IMG/VR virus record: IMGVR_UViG_2833778570_000001
Location: 1-64,000 of that record
Strand: one strand, 5' to 3'
Source of the DNA: a virus
Lineage: Duplodnaviria > Caudoviricetes
DNA length: 64,000 bases
In this document: piece by piece, positions 45,082 through 54,873 of the stretch
How positions within the stretch are numbered: the first letter of the stretch is position 1
Layout: each line of letters begins with the position of its first letter
The notes under the pieces: model-generated
The model's database searches: none
Told to the model about the DNA's origin: nothing
What the model saw: the letters and a program-made list of their open reading frames with translations, nothing else
Position numbers and translations under genes: made by a program

Positions 45082-48000
45082 CTACCTCCCCCGGACGAAC
45101 GTGTACGTCATCCCGCCTGGAGCCATCTCCTCTCGCATCACCTTGCGCACGGCGTCGGCGAGGCGTCGGCCGAGGCGCTCGGCCTCCGCGCGCCCGCCCT
45201 CCCCTGACGCGCTCACCTGGGAGGAGCCGTCCGCGTTGACGGTGATGTAGAGGGTCTGGCTCACGTCCCCTCCCCCGAGCGCCTCGTTGGGGACGATGCG
45301 GCCAGAGCTGGAGGGGATGAAGAGCTCCGGCCCGAGCTCGCCTACCAGGTGCGCTTGGGACGCGCGGACGGACCCACCGGACGCGTGCGCACCGCCCAGC
45401 ATGAATCCGTAGGTGCTGCTCATGTCCGCGCCGCCCACCAGGGTGGAGCCGCTGCCGGACGACACCGTGCCGCTGAGGGCGTCCATGCCCAGGTTGACGA
45501 GGGCCATGAAGGCCTTCTGCGCCGCGAGCCGCGCCAGGTCCTTCAGGATGCCGTCCACCAGCGACGAGAACTCCAGCCGGCCCGTGGTGACGAAGTTCGC
45601 GAAGGCGTCCGCCATGTGCTGCGTGGCCGTGCCGACAATCTCCTTCGTGTAGCTGAAGCCACCGTGCAGCTGGTCCTGGAGGCGCTCCACCTCCTGCCGG
45701 TACTGCTCCGCGGTGATGCGCCCCTCGGCGAAGAGCTGCTTCACCATCTCCAGCCGCTTCTGCAGCTCCGCCGTGGGGTTGAGCTGCTTGGCGAGCTGGT
45801 CCATTTCCGTCTTCAGCGCTGCCTCGGCCTTCCCTTCCGGCGTCCACATCGCCCGGGCCTTCTTCATGGCCGCTTCGAACTCCGCGGCCTTGAGGCGTCC
45901 CGCCTCCAGCTCCTCGCGGAGGACCTTCTGGGCCTGGCTGTACTTCTCCGTGTCCTGGTTGCCCAGCTCGCGGTTGAGGCTCTGGAGCACGCGCGCCCTT
46001 TCCTCCTCCGCCTTCTTCACCCGTTCCGTCTCCTCCTTCTGCTTCCGGATGGCCTCCAGCTGAGCGATGGCCGCGTCCGCCCGCGCCCTCATCTTCGGAT
46101 CCGTCATCGAGCGGTACTCGTCGGAGAGCTGCTTCGCCTCGTCCTTCGTCTTGCCGAGGGTGCGCGCCTCCTCCTCCAGGTTCATCAGCCACTGTTCTTG
46201 GCGCTTCAGCAGCTTCTCCCGGGCCTTCTCCTCCTGCTCAGCCTCCTTGAGCGAGGTCTTCGTGTTGGCGGAGTTCTCCTTCGCGGCGGCCGCACCTGCT
46301 CTCGCTTCCTCCGACCGTGCCTCCTTCAATCTCTGAAGGCCCTTTTCGATGTCCGCGACGCGTTGCTGCTGGGCCGCAAGGTCCTTCTCAAGAGGGACCA
46401 GCTTCTCCTCGATCTGCGGCGCGAACCTGGGGTCTTTTCGGGCACGGGTGAAGTCCTTGGTGTCGGCGAGTCCCCACCGGTAATTCACCGTCATGATCAA
46501 GTTCTGCTTTTTCTTCACCTCGTCAGCAAGGCGCGACACCTCGGCTCTGGCATTGGCAAGGTCCTCGCGCGTCAGCTTTTCGTAGACGGCGGACAGCTTG
46601 CCGACGCTGTCCACCTCTTCGGTGAGGAGATCCTGATACCGCCCGCCCAACGTCGCCATCTCGGCCTTCGCGATGTTGAGCGCGGTCGCTGCCCGGGCTT
46701 GGTCCTGAAGGGCCCGGGTTTCCTTCAGCAGCTCAACGATGATTTGGCTTCCTCGGCTCGCGTTCGACCCGGACTCCTGTGCGAACTGGCGCGTCTTCTC
46801 GCGAGCTTCGTCAGCCGCCCGTCCAAGTTCATGAAAGGCCGCCACTGCAAGAGTGAGCGCTCCCGTGATGATTCCGATGGGCCCACCCATGAAATCCAAC
46901 GCCGCCTTGCCGGCCCGCGCGGCCACGGATGCCCCCTCGATGGCTGCCGCTTCCTTTACCTTCGCCAAGGCCAGCTCCGTGGACGCCAGCGTCGCCTTCT
47001 TCGTCGCCGACATCAGGCCGCCCTCAACAGCCGCCGAGGCCTGCAGCGCCGCGTACTTCTTCTCCAACATTGCCTGGGCAGAGCGCAGCGCGGCGATGCG
47101 GCTTTCGTCAGCGGACCGGGTGTACTTCGCCTCGGCAAGCGCCGCGTTCGTCGCCGACTCACGCGCCTGGTTGAGCGCTGTGGCCTTCGACACCAGCCCC
47201 TTCACCCACTCCTGAGCCCACGCCGCGCCCCGCATTGCGGCCACCACGACCAGTGCCTCCCCAAAGAGCTTCACCGCGTAGGTCGCCGTGTCGAAGTTCT
47301 CCGTCAGCGCGCGGATGCCCGGCTCCGCGGCTGAAAGAATGTCGCTACCCACCTCGCCCTGGAGTTCTGAGAAACGCGCCCGGAGCTGGTCCAGGGCGAA
47401 CTGCGGCGTCGAGGCCATCTTCTGGAAGGCCGCCTCGGTGCGTCCGGCGGAGTCCTGCATGTGCTTCAGCGAAGCCGCGAAGTCTGCGGACGCGGTACCA
47501 GTGAGCGTCATCACCGGCAGCAGCGCTTCTACCCCGCCGAAGAGCATGGCCATCTCCTCGGCGCTGCCGTGGGTCTTCTGGTTCACCTCCTCCAGGAAGC
47601 CCGCCAGTCCGCGGGCCTTGAGGGCGGTGACGGAGAACTCCAAGCCGAGGGCGTTCGCGAGCTTCGATGCCTCCTGGGACGGCTTCGCGACGGCTGCAAT
47701 GATGGCGCGCAGTCCCTCCATGGAGGTGGACGTCTGGATGTTGTTCTTCGTCAGCGCGCCTGTGGCCGCGAGCAGCTCCGCGAGGCTGACTCCCGTTTGG
47801 GAGGCGATAGGGGCCACCCGACCGATGAAGCGCGAGAGGTCCTCGATGCTCGTCTTCCCGTCCGCCGCGGAGACGAACATCATGTCCGCCGCCTGGGTGA
47901 CGTTGCGCAGCTGGCTCCCGTAGCTGGCCATGACGCCCGTCAGGCCGTCCGCTGCCGTCCTCACGTCCGTCACGCCGCCGATGGCCAGCTTGTTGGACAC

Positions 48001-48795
48001 GGTGAGCAACTCCGTGGCCTTCGCCGCGTCGCTCGCACCCGCGCTGAGGATTTCGTAGAGCGCCCCGGCCTGGTCCGTGGGCGTCCGGCCGAACTGGTTT
48101 CCCAGCTCCTTCACCTTCGCGGTGAGCGAGTCCATCATCCCGAGTTGGTCCTGCTCAAGCACCGTGGACACCTGGGCCATGGCCGTCGAGAAGCGCAGCG
48201 CCTCCTCGGTGGCGCTCTTGATGGCAGCCCCCGCCGCCGCGACGCCAAGGAACTGGCCCGCCAGGCTCTTCATCCCGTCCGCGAACTTGCTCACCGGAGG
48301 CTCGGCCTTCGCGGCCTCCTCCCGCACCTTGCGGAGGGCGTCCGCTACGCCTTCCTTCTGCTTCCCCATCTCGTCGAAGCGCTTGTTGAGGGACTCCACG
48401 TGCGTCAAGAAGCGCGACAGCGCGGACGTGTCCGCGAGCGCTGCCTGGAGCTTCCCAGCCGCCCCTCCGAGGGACATGAGCTGGGCCTCCAGTGCCCCCG
48501 TCGCCGTCGCGGTCGCAGTAAAGGCCGTCTGAATCTTCGCGGCCGACTGCTCCAGTACCGAGAGGTGCGAGGTAGCGGACCGGATGTCGGCCAGGGCCTT
48601 CGTCGTGTTGCCCAGGCTCCGCGTCGCCTGGGCGAATGCCTTGCTGAGGGCCTCGGTCGCCGTCTCCAAGCCCGTCGTCTTCCGCTCCGTCTTCTCGGCA
48701 GCCGCTTCCACGCCACCCAGCGTCGTGACGGCCTCCTTCGCGTCGGAAGTGTCGATGCGGATGCTCAGCTCAGCCAGGTCGAAGCCGCCGGACAT
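45082..48795 (-). CDS. Tail tape measure protein (1237 aa)
   Basis: Helical Ala-rich, TP901-type core, position between chaperone and gpM. Confidence 0.95.
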   Translation of the reverse strand: MSGGFDLAELSIRIDTSDAKEAVTTLGGVEAAAEKTERKTTGLETATEALSKAFAQATRSLGNTTKALADIRSATSHLSVLEQSAAKIQTAFTATATATGALEAQLMSLGGAAGKLQAALADTSALSRFLTHVESLNKRFDEMGKQKEGVADALRKVREEAAKAEPPVSKFADGMKSLAGQFLGVAAAGAAIKSATEEALRFSTAMAQVSTVLEQDQLGMMDSLTAKVKELGNQFGRTPTDQAGALYEILSAGASDAAKATELLTVSNKLAIGGVTDVRTAADGLTGVMASYGSQLRNVTQAADMMFVSAADGKTSIEDLSRFIGRVAPIASQTGVSLAELLAATGALTKNNIQTSTSMEGLRAIIAAVAKPSQEASKLANALGLEFSVTALKARGLAGFLEEVNQKTHGSAEEMAMLFGGVEALLPVMTLTGTASADFAASLKHMQDSAGRTEAAFQKMASTPQFALDQLRARFSELQGEVGSDILSAAEPGIRALTENFDTATYAVKLFGEALVVVAAMRGAAWAQEWVKGLVSKATALNQARESATNAALAEAKYTRSADESRIAALRSAQAMLEKKYAALQASAAVEGGLMSATKKATLASTELALAKVKEAAAIEGASVAARAGKAALDFMGGPIGIITGALTLAVAAFHELGRAADEAREKTRQFAQESGSNASRGSQIIVELLKETRALQDQARAATALNIAKAEMATLGGRYQDLLTEEVDSVGKLSAVYEKLTREDLANARAEVSRLADEVKKKQNLIMTVNYRWGLADTKDFTRARKDPRFAPQIEEKLVPLEKDLAAQQQRVADIEKGLQRLKEARSEEARAGAAAAKENSANTKTSLKEAEQEEKAREKLLKRQEQWLMNLEEEARTLGKTKDEAKQLSDEYRSMTDPKMRARADAAIAQLEAIRKQKEETERVKKAEEERARVLQSLNRELGNQDTEKYSQAQKVLREELEAGRLKAAEFEAAMKKARAMWTPEGKAEAALKTEMDQLAKQLNPTAELQKRLEMVKQLFAEGRITAEQYRQEVERLQDQLHGGFSYTKEIVGTATQHMADAFANFVTTGRLEFSSLVDGILKDLARLAAQKAFMALVNLGMDALSGTVSSGSGSTLVGGADMSSTYGFMLGGAHASGGSVRASQAHLVGELGPELFIPSSSGRIVPNEALGGGDVSQTLYITVNADGSSQVSASGEGGRAEAERLGRRLADAVRKVMREEMAPGGMTYTFVRGR

Positions 48796-48904
48796 GATGA
48801 TCCTTGGTTGCTGCAGGGGAAGTTGGGAATGACAGGGTCACGCGGGGCACCCTGGCGGACTTGCCCAGTGGCGACGAGCGATGGCTTGTGGTCGGCTTCC
48901 GACC

Positions 48905-49483
48905 ATGCGCGCACACCTCGTCCTCATGGGCCTGCTGTCCCTCTCCGCATGCGACCGGCGGGAGAAGGAGATGGAGCAGGCGCGGATCGCCAGCGTCCAA
49001 CGCGAGAATGAGAAGTACGGAGGCGACGACCTGAGCTGGGAAGCTACAGGCGAGCGCCACACCACGTTTCTGCTTGTGCGGAACTACGGCACGCAAGACC
49101 CAGCGCAGATCCGCGAGGCGATGCTGAAGGGCCTCCCAGGCCTTGATGCGGGTAAGGAGGAGATGGAGCGAGACGGGTTTACCCACATCGGCCTTCGAGA
49201 CCGCGACACTGGCATCGTGATGACCAAGCCGGTGGCGGAGCTTCGCGGCGCAGCAGCTGCGGTCGTAGAAGCCGGCGGTGCACCAGGGCCAGCCGAAGCT
49301 GGCGCCCCCGTTCCTTCGTGGGCGACGAAGCCTCCTGCCACCTTCAAGGACGCGAAACAGGCATCCTGCGCCGAGAAGGGCGCGCAGGCCTGCTGCTCGT
49401 ATATCAGCAGCAAGTGCGTCTACCTTCTCTGCAGAGACACGTCGTTCAAGGCGTGGGGTGAGCAGCACACCAGTTGTAAGTGA
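48905..49483 (+). CDS. Lipoprotein moron between chaperone and tape measure
   Basis: LLSLSA/C lipobox; Cys-rich C-terminal domain; opposite strand. Confidence 0.75.
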   Translation: MRAHLVLMGLLSLSACDRREKEMEQARIASVQRENEKYGGDDLSWEATGERHTTFLLVRNYGTQDPAQIREAMLKGLPGLDAGKEEMERDGFTHIGLRDRDTGIVMTKPVAELRGAAAAVVEAGGAPGPAEAGAPVPSWATKPPATFKDAKQASCAEKGAQACCSYISSKCVYLLCRDTSFKAWGEQHTSCK

Positions 49484-49515
49484 ATTGGTCTCCACGCGCA
49501 TCCCGCGGCTGGGCT

Positions 49516-50273
49516 TCACTTCTTCGAGACTTCGACCAGGAACGCTTCATCCAGCCGTCGGAGCAACTGCACCTCGAAGGGCGTGGGCCTGTTGCCGGAG
49601 AGGCGCCCCCAGGACTCCATGTCCGGGAAGGAGATGGGGTTGAGGGTGAAGGCGCCGGCGCCGCGGGCGTTGGACAGATCCGCGAACCACCCCCAGACGT
49701 GGGCGAGGGCGTCAGGCAGCGGGGGCGCCTCCAGCAGCTCCGGCGGCGGCTTCCCGGTGGCGCGCTCCACCTGCTCCAGGTGGGCGCGGACGGAGACGCC
49801 CTCCGCATCGGTGCGGCTCAGGCGGAATTCGTGGCGGGCGAAGACGAGGAGTCGCTCGCCCTCTCCTCGAAAAAACTCGCGCGGTCCTGCACCGCCTCGT
49901 CCACCTGGCGGCGCAGCCAGGGATGGGCGGTGAAGAGGCGCCGGGCGTTGTCCGGCGTGAGAGGCACCGCCGCACCGCCCTCCATGACGCCCGTCCAGGA
50001 GGCGGTGCAGGCCACCAGCAGCTCCAGCGCGTCGGCCTCCATGTCCCGGGGCGGCTCCTGCCGAGCGCGGCGGCCGGCGCGCGGCGCGCTGGCGGTGACC
50101 TTCTCGATAATGGCGCGCGTGGCCTCGCGGTAGCGGGGCGAGTCCGCACTGGCCACCTCCACCTGCATGCCGGTCGGCTGGCCGGTGATGGGATGGAGGA
50201 TGTCCACGGCGAGGGTGTCGTGGCGGATGAGGCTGGAGAGGTCGAAGCCGGAGGTGGCGGGGGCGGTGCTCAT
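49516..50273 (-). CDS. Tail assembly chaperone G (49818-50273) and -1 frameshift product G-T
   Basis: The -1 frame after SFF reads RGEGERLLVFARHEF...VERATGKPPPELL to the stop at 49516. Confidence 0.88.
49869..49875 (-). promoter_or_regulatory. Programmed -1 frameshift slippery heptamer T TTT TTC
   Basis: X XXY YYZ in the correct phase near the end of G. Confidence 0.8.
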
Positions 50274-50320
50274 GCGGGACTCCTGGTGGTGAGGGGAGGA
50301 AGGGCTGCGCAGGCCGCGGG

Positions 50321-51469
50321 CTACGCGTTGCTGCGCTGGTAGAGGATGGAGGCGCCGGACGCGGAGTCGAGCAGCGCCGTGAAGGGCATGGACACCTGGA
50401 CGGGGCCTTCCTTCGGGTTGTCGAGCTCGCCGCCCGTGTACTTGAGGCGGGGAACCCGGAGGGTGTGGAAGTCCGTCCCGTTGACGTCCTGGAGCACCAC
50501 CTCCAGCGAGGACTCAGCCTCGTCCAAGAACTTCGCCAGCAAGTCCTGCCCCATGAAGTAGGCGCTGAGGGTGCCGGAGACGCCGAAGCCGCCCTCGTGA
50601 ATCTCCGTGGCGGAGCGCTGGCCGATGACGCCCTTCGTGGAGCGTCCGTTGGTGATGTCCAGGTCCAGGGACGTGACGTTGGCCACCAGCTGCCCGCCCT
50701 CGCGCAGGCTGCCGGTGAAGGCGTCGAAGGGGCTGTTGGTGCCCGGGGGCGTGACGGTGGCCGCGTGCGACGCCGTGGCCATCTGCATGTCCTTGCCCAG
50801 CAACGCGAAGGTGCCGGTGATGATCTCCTCGGGCTTGATGGAGAGCTTCAGCGAGTCCACCGCGCAGCCGCGGTAGAGGGCGTACTGGTTGATGTCCGTG
50901 AAGGCGCGCTCGAAGGAGAACGTCTTCAGGACGGTGCCGGACTTCAGCAGGCGGCCCACCAGCGCCACGGTGCGCCCGGCGGCGGCCGCGTCGTCCTCCA
51001 GCTCCAGGTCCACGGTGAGGGCCAGCGCGGTGACGGCCTCGACGCGCGCGCGGCCGTTGTTGCCCGCTTCCGCGAAGCCGGACACCAGCACCTGGTCCCC
51101 AGGCAGGAAGCCATCCGCGAGGAAGCTGCCGGCGGTGCGCATGAAGGCGCCGGTGGCCGCGTCGGCGGAGAGGGAGACGCTGCCGGTGGTGGCCGAAGCC
51201 CAGGTGCCGCTGAGGGCGGCCTCCAAGAGGTCATCGAAGGTGCCGAGGGAGAGCTCGACGCCGATGTCCCCGCCGACGCTCACCATGCCGTGGCGCAAGT
51301 CGGAGAGGTGCCTGTCGGCGCGAATCTCGTTGGACTGGTAGTTGGCCTTCGAGAGGTTGAGGCCGGTGCTGGTGAAGCGCAGGGCCTTGTAGGTGGTGCT
51401 GGCCGCGACGCCGAAGCTGGCCTCGGAGGTGAAGCGCAGCGCGGTGCGCTGGCCGGAAGCGGAAGGCAT
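50321..51469 (-). CDS. Major tail tube protein
   Basis: ESFGV-type start motif, SNEIRADR, FSFERAF; position. Confidence 0.85.
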   Translation of the reverse strand: MPSASGQRTALRFTSEASFGVAASTTYKALRFTSTGLNLSKANYQSNEIRADRHLSDLRHGMVSVGGDIGVELSLGTFDDLLEAALSGTWASATTGSVSLSADAATGAFMRTAGSFLADGFLPGDQVLVSGFAEAGNNGRARVEAVTALALTVDLELEDDAAAAGRTVALVGRLLKSGTVLKTFSFERAFTDINQYALYRGCAVDSLKLSIKPEEIITGTFALLGKDMQMATASHAATVTPPGTNSPFDAFTGSLREGGQLVANVTSLDLDITNGRSTKGVIGQRSATEIHEGGFGVSGTLSAYFMGQDLLAKFLDEAESSLEVVLQDVNGTDFHTLRVPRLKYTGGELDNPKEGPVQVSMPFTALLDSASGASILYQRSNA

Positions 51470-51499
51470 GGGTTTCTCCTGTCGCGCGAGGCGACGGTG

Positions 51500-51919
51500 C
51501 TACGCGTGGACGAGCCAGAAGACGGAAACGGGACGCATCCACCAGGGCTCCTCGCGGAGGCCGGGCCCGGCGGAGGCGGACAGGATGCGGACGACGGTGG
51601 TGCCCGCCTGCAGCGAGGTGCCGCGCGCGAAGCCGTCGCACACGGCCTGGGCGGCGGTGTTGGCGGTCCCGGCGCCCTCGCCCAGGGGGAAGAAGAGGGA
51701 CACCTGGAAGACGCCCGGGTGGCGCGTCTGCGCGTCCAGGCCCAGGCCGGCAGCGGCCGTGCGCGCGGGCAGATGGTCCACCCGCGCCCAGGGCGTGCCC
51801 TCCTTCGGGGCGTAGACAACGTTGGGGAAGGCGATGTTGTCCGCCCCCACCACGGGCGCCAGCACCGCCGTGGCGTGCGCCTCCAGTGCCCGGGGGATGT
51901 CCAGGAGGACGGCACTCAC
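51500..51919 (-). CDS. Tail terminator / completion protein
   Basis: IAFPNV, GVFQVSLFFP; position. Confidence 0.75.
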   Translation of the reverse strand: MSAVLLDIPRALEAHATAVLAPVVGADNIAFPNVVYAPKEGTPWARVDHLPARTAAAGLGLDAQTRHPGVFQVSLFFPLGEGAGTANTAAQAVCDGFARGTSLQAGTTVVRILSASAGPGLREEPWWMRPVSVFWLVHA

Positions 51920-52335
51920 TTCGCCGCCTCCTCGAGGATTTCATTCACCTGGGCCAGGGTGGTGCGCACCATCCCCTTCGGGGCCTGCTGGCTCCAGCCG
52001 AACTCCAGCCGGCGGGCGTAGGGGAGGTTGTTGGTGATGTAGACGGTCTCGCCCAGTTCCACCCCCTCCAGCTTCGCGCCCTCGCGGGAGACGACGGCGC
52101 TGCCGTCCTTGTCCTCCGCGTCCACGGTGCCTGCGGGCCTGTCGCCCAGCCCCACCTGCCAGTTGCCCCGGAAGCGGCCAGTGTCCACCGGGGAGGCGGT
52201 GACAACGTTGGCCAGGATGCCCAGCGCCGTCTTGCGCACCACCTCGTTGGCGCGGGCCTCAGTGGCCTTCACGAAGGCCTGCACCTGCGTCGAGAAGCGG
52301 GCGCCCTTGCGGATGCGCCTGTCCACCTTCGTCAT
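51916..52335 (-). CDS. HK97 gp10-like tail completion protein
   Basis: SPVDTGRFRGNW, NNLPYARRLEFG. Confidence 0.9.
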   Translation of the reverse strand: MTKVDRRIRKGARFSTQVQAFVKATEARANEVVRKTALGILANVVTASPVDTGRFRGNWQVGLGDRPAGTVDAEDKDGSAVVSREGAKLEGVELGETVYITNNLPYARRLEFGWSQQAPKGMVRTTLAQVNEILEEAAK

Positions 52336-52718
52336 GCGGACACCCGGAGGTTGAAGAGGATGGGGGTGCCGCCCAGCTGCGTCGGCGGGTCGGTCCGCAG
52401 CACGCGCCAGGTGCGGCCCTCCAGTGGCCCCACGGTGTCGCCCGGCGCCGGCACCACCGGCAGGCCGCCGGCCGCGACGAGTACCTTCCGCCGGTCCGCG
52501 CGCGTGGTGCCGCCGTCGGTGAGGCTGTCGCCCTCCTTGTCTTGGCCGCTGTCCGCCTGCACCAGCACCTGGACGGGGTACGCCGCGGTGGACGCCACCA
52601 CCTTCGCCGTGGCCACGTCGTACGTGCCCGGCCCGGCCCGCGTGAGGGTGGCCTGCTGGCCGTAGCGCTTCACCAGCGCCAGCGACTTGGCGGCGAGCCT
52701 GTCCGCCTGGGCGCTCAT
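52332..52718 (-). CDS. Head closure / head-tail joining protein
   Basis: Beta-rich, position, overlapping neighbours. Confidence 0.75.
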   Translation of the reverse strand: MSAQADRLAAKSLALVKRYGQQATLTRAGPGTYDVATAKVVASTAAYPVQVLVQADSGQDKEGDSLTDGGTTRADRRKVLVAAGGLPVVPAPGDTVGPLEGRTWRVLRTDPPTQLGGTPILFNLRVSA

Positions 52719-53206
52719 CCGCGCACCGTGGTGTGGACGCGGATGCCGCTGGGGCTGCCCTGGATGAGGGGCCCCAGCAGCGCCAGCACCTGGGAGGGGA
52801 TGGGCCGGTGCGTCTCCTTCGACGTCTTCAGCGGGCCCACCTGCACGCCCTCGTCCACCACAGGACCGAGGCCAGCCGTCCAGTCCTCGCCCAGCAGTCG
52901 GAAGGCGAACTCCGCCACCGCGGACTTCACCCGCCGGGGGACGGCGTCGGCCGCCAGCGGGCACCCGTCCAGCACCACGCCCCGGCGCGGCCAGGCCAGG
53001 GCCTGCTCCGCGTCAGCGCGCGCGCCCAGCCACTCGCAGCGGGAGTCCAGGACAGACGTCGCCCACTTCAGATGCCGCTCCTTTGTCTCGGTGTCGGCGG
53101 CGGCCCAGGCGTCGTTGTGGCCGCGCGCCGCGTGGTAGGCGTCCGCCTCCACGACGTCGCAGTAGGAGTCGGCGAGCGGGCCGCCGGGAGTGCTGTCGAG
53201 TGACAT
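52715..53206 (-). CDS. Head-tail adaptor (DnaT-like family)
   Basis: DSYCDVVEADAYH, QALAWPR, VPRRVKSA. Confidence 0.8.
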   Translation of the reverse strand: MSLDSTPGGPLADSYCDVVEADAYHAARGHNDAWAAADTETKERHLKWATSVLDSRCEWLGARADAEQALAWPRRGVVLDGCPLAADAVPRRVKSAVAEFAFRLLGEDWTAGLGPVVDEGVQVGPLKTSKETHRPIPSQVLALLGPLIQGSPSGIRVHTTVRG

Positions 53207-53227
53207 GGGCAGGTCCTCGTGCGCGGA

Positions 53228-53671
53228 CTACTTCGCCGCCTTGCCGGCCTTGGGCGCCTTCTCCTGGGCCTCGGCAGTGGGCGCCTCGGTGGCCGAGGTG
53301 CTGGTGCCCTTCCCAGCGCCCTCCGCGCGCGCCAGCCGGGCCTCCAGGTCCTCCCGCGCGCGCCGCGTCGCCTCCAGTTCGGCCTGGAGGTCCTCCATCG
53401 CGGTCCGCACGCGCGCCAGGTCCTTCTCGCTCACCGCCGCCTCGCCCGCAGAGGCGCCCTTCCACTGGCTCTCCTCCCACTTCTCCCGGGCCGCCTCGAA
53501 GTCCCGCGAGTCGCGCGGGTACGCCGAGTGGTACGTCGCCAGGATGCCGAGCGCGGCCGACGCATCCGCCGGCACCCGCGCCACGCCATCCACGAAATCG
53601 AAGCCCGCGAGGACGCACGACTGCCCCGCCCTCGGGCCCACCAGCTTCACTTCCACGACACGAGCAGCCAC
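53228..53671 (-). CDS. Capsid-adjacent hypothetical protein
   Basis: GGAG RBS and GTG start after the capsid gene. Confidence 0.7.
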   Translation of the reverse strand: MAARVVEVKLVGPRAGQSCVLAGFDFVDGVARVPADASAALGILATYHSAYPRDSRDFEAAREKWEESQWKGASAGEAAVSEKDLARVRTAMEDLQAELEATRRAREDLEARLARAEGAGKGTSTSATEAPTAEAQEKAPKAGKAAK

Positions 53672-53787
53672 GGAGTACTCCTAGGGAATGCGGCCAGCGC
53701 CCGCCGGCCGCGAGGTTGTGAGGTGCAGCGCCAGGCACGCTGGCCGCGAGGACGCGCAAGGCGCGCCCGGGTCCTGCCCCGCCACTG

Positions 53788-54705
53788 CTAGTTGGTGACG
53801 CCCTTCGCCACGGCGAGCGCGAGGTCGCTGTACACGGCCAGGCCGCAGTAGAACTTCACGCGGGTGATGGACTCGTCCTTCGTCTCGGACTCGCCGATGT
53901 TCTTCACCTGGATGCCCATGGCCTTCTTCGCGTGCAGGCCGGCGATGCCCACCCGCTGGCTGCCATCATCCAGGCAGCCAGCGACGATGCTGGTGGACGT
54001 CGTGCTGCTGCCCTGCGTCTGGTTGGTGGGCATCCAGTCGTTGCGGAAGACGGGGACGCCCTCGTACTCCAGCACCTCCTCGCCGCTCGGCAGCTTCAGC
54101 GTCTCGACGATGCCGGCGCCGCCCTGGCCGCGCAGCAGCGACTTCAGCGAGCGGATGGTGCGGCCGTGCATCATCAGGAAGTCCACCTTCCCGTCCTTCG
54201 CCTTCACCGCGTCCAGCAGCTCGTCCAGCATCTCGAAGGAGAGGGCCCCGCCGTTGGCGCCCGCCGTCAGCGTCTGGCCCGAGCTGGCGAGGCCCAGGAG
54301 GCCGACGAACTCATCGTTGGCCCCCGTCCCGTTGATGAGGAGGTTGGAGTACTTCCGGCCCACCGCCTTGGCCTTGCCGGCCACCTGCACGGCGAGCTGG
54401 TCCGTCGTGTCCGAGTGCGTGGCCTCGATGAAGTTGTCCACCTCGGCGTCGCCGACGATGCGCTTCAGAGGGCTCGTCACCTGGGTGAAGGTGGTGGCCG
54501 CCTTGGCGGTGATGGAGCTGCCGACGCCGAGCATCTGCACGTCGCCGAGGACGTTCTCCCGGTTGTAGACGGCCGCGGGGCCCTCGACGGGCTCGAAGGG
54601 GAGGACGCCGAAGAAGCGGTCCACCGTGACGATGTTCTCGACGATGCCGGCCACCAGGTCGTTGTTCGACAGCTTGGCGGCCTCGGAAAGGATGACGGAA
54701 GGCAT
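53788..54705 (-). CDS. Major capsid protein (HK97 fold, 305 aa)
   Basis: Position after scaffold; F.GL, LDELLD, YEGVPVFRND, RVKFYCGLA. Confidence 0.9.
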   Translation of the reverse strand: MPSVILSEAAKLSNNDLVAGIVENIVTVDRFFGVLPFEPVEGPAAVYNRENVLGDVQMLGVGSSITAKAATTFTQVTSPLKRIVGDAEVDNFIEATHSDTTDQLAVQVAGKAKAVGRKYSNLLINGTGANDEFVGLLGLASSGQTLTAGANGGALSFEMLDELLDAVKAKDGKVDFLMMHGRTIRSLKSLLRGQGGAGIVETLKLPSGEEVLEYEGVPVFRNDWMPTNQTQGSSTTSTSIVAGCLDDGSQRVGIAGLHAKKAMGIQVKNIGESETKDESITRVKFYCGLAVYSDLALAVAKGVTN

Positions 54706-54873
54706 GGAAAGGCTTTCTTCCTCGCGTGAGAGGGAAAAGAAGACGAGTGGGCGGACGCGCTACGGCGAGGGCTGGGGAAAGCCCGGTGGACGCGTCTGAT
54801 TTGGAGGGAGAGTGACTGCGTCCGGGCATCCCGCCCGGTTTGCTTCAGGCCGCATCCCGCGCACCTGAAACGG

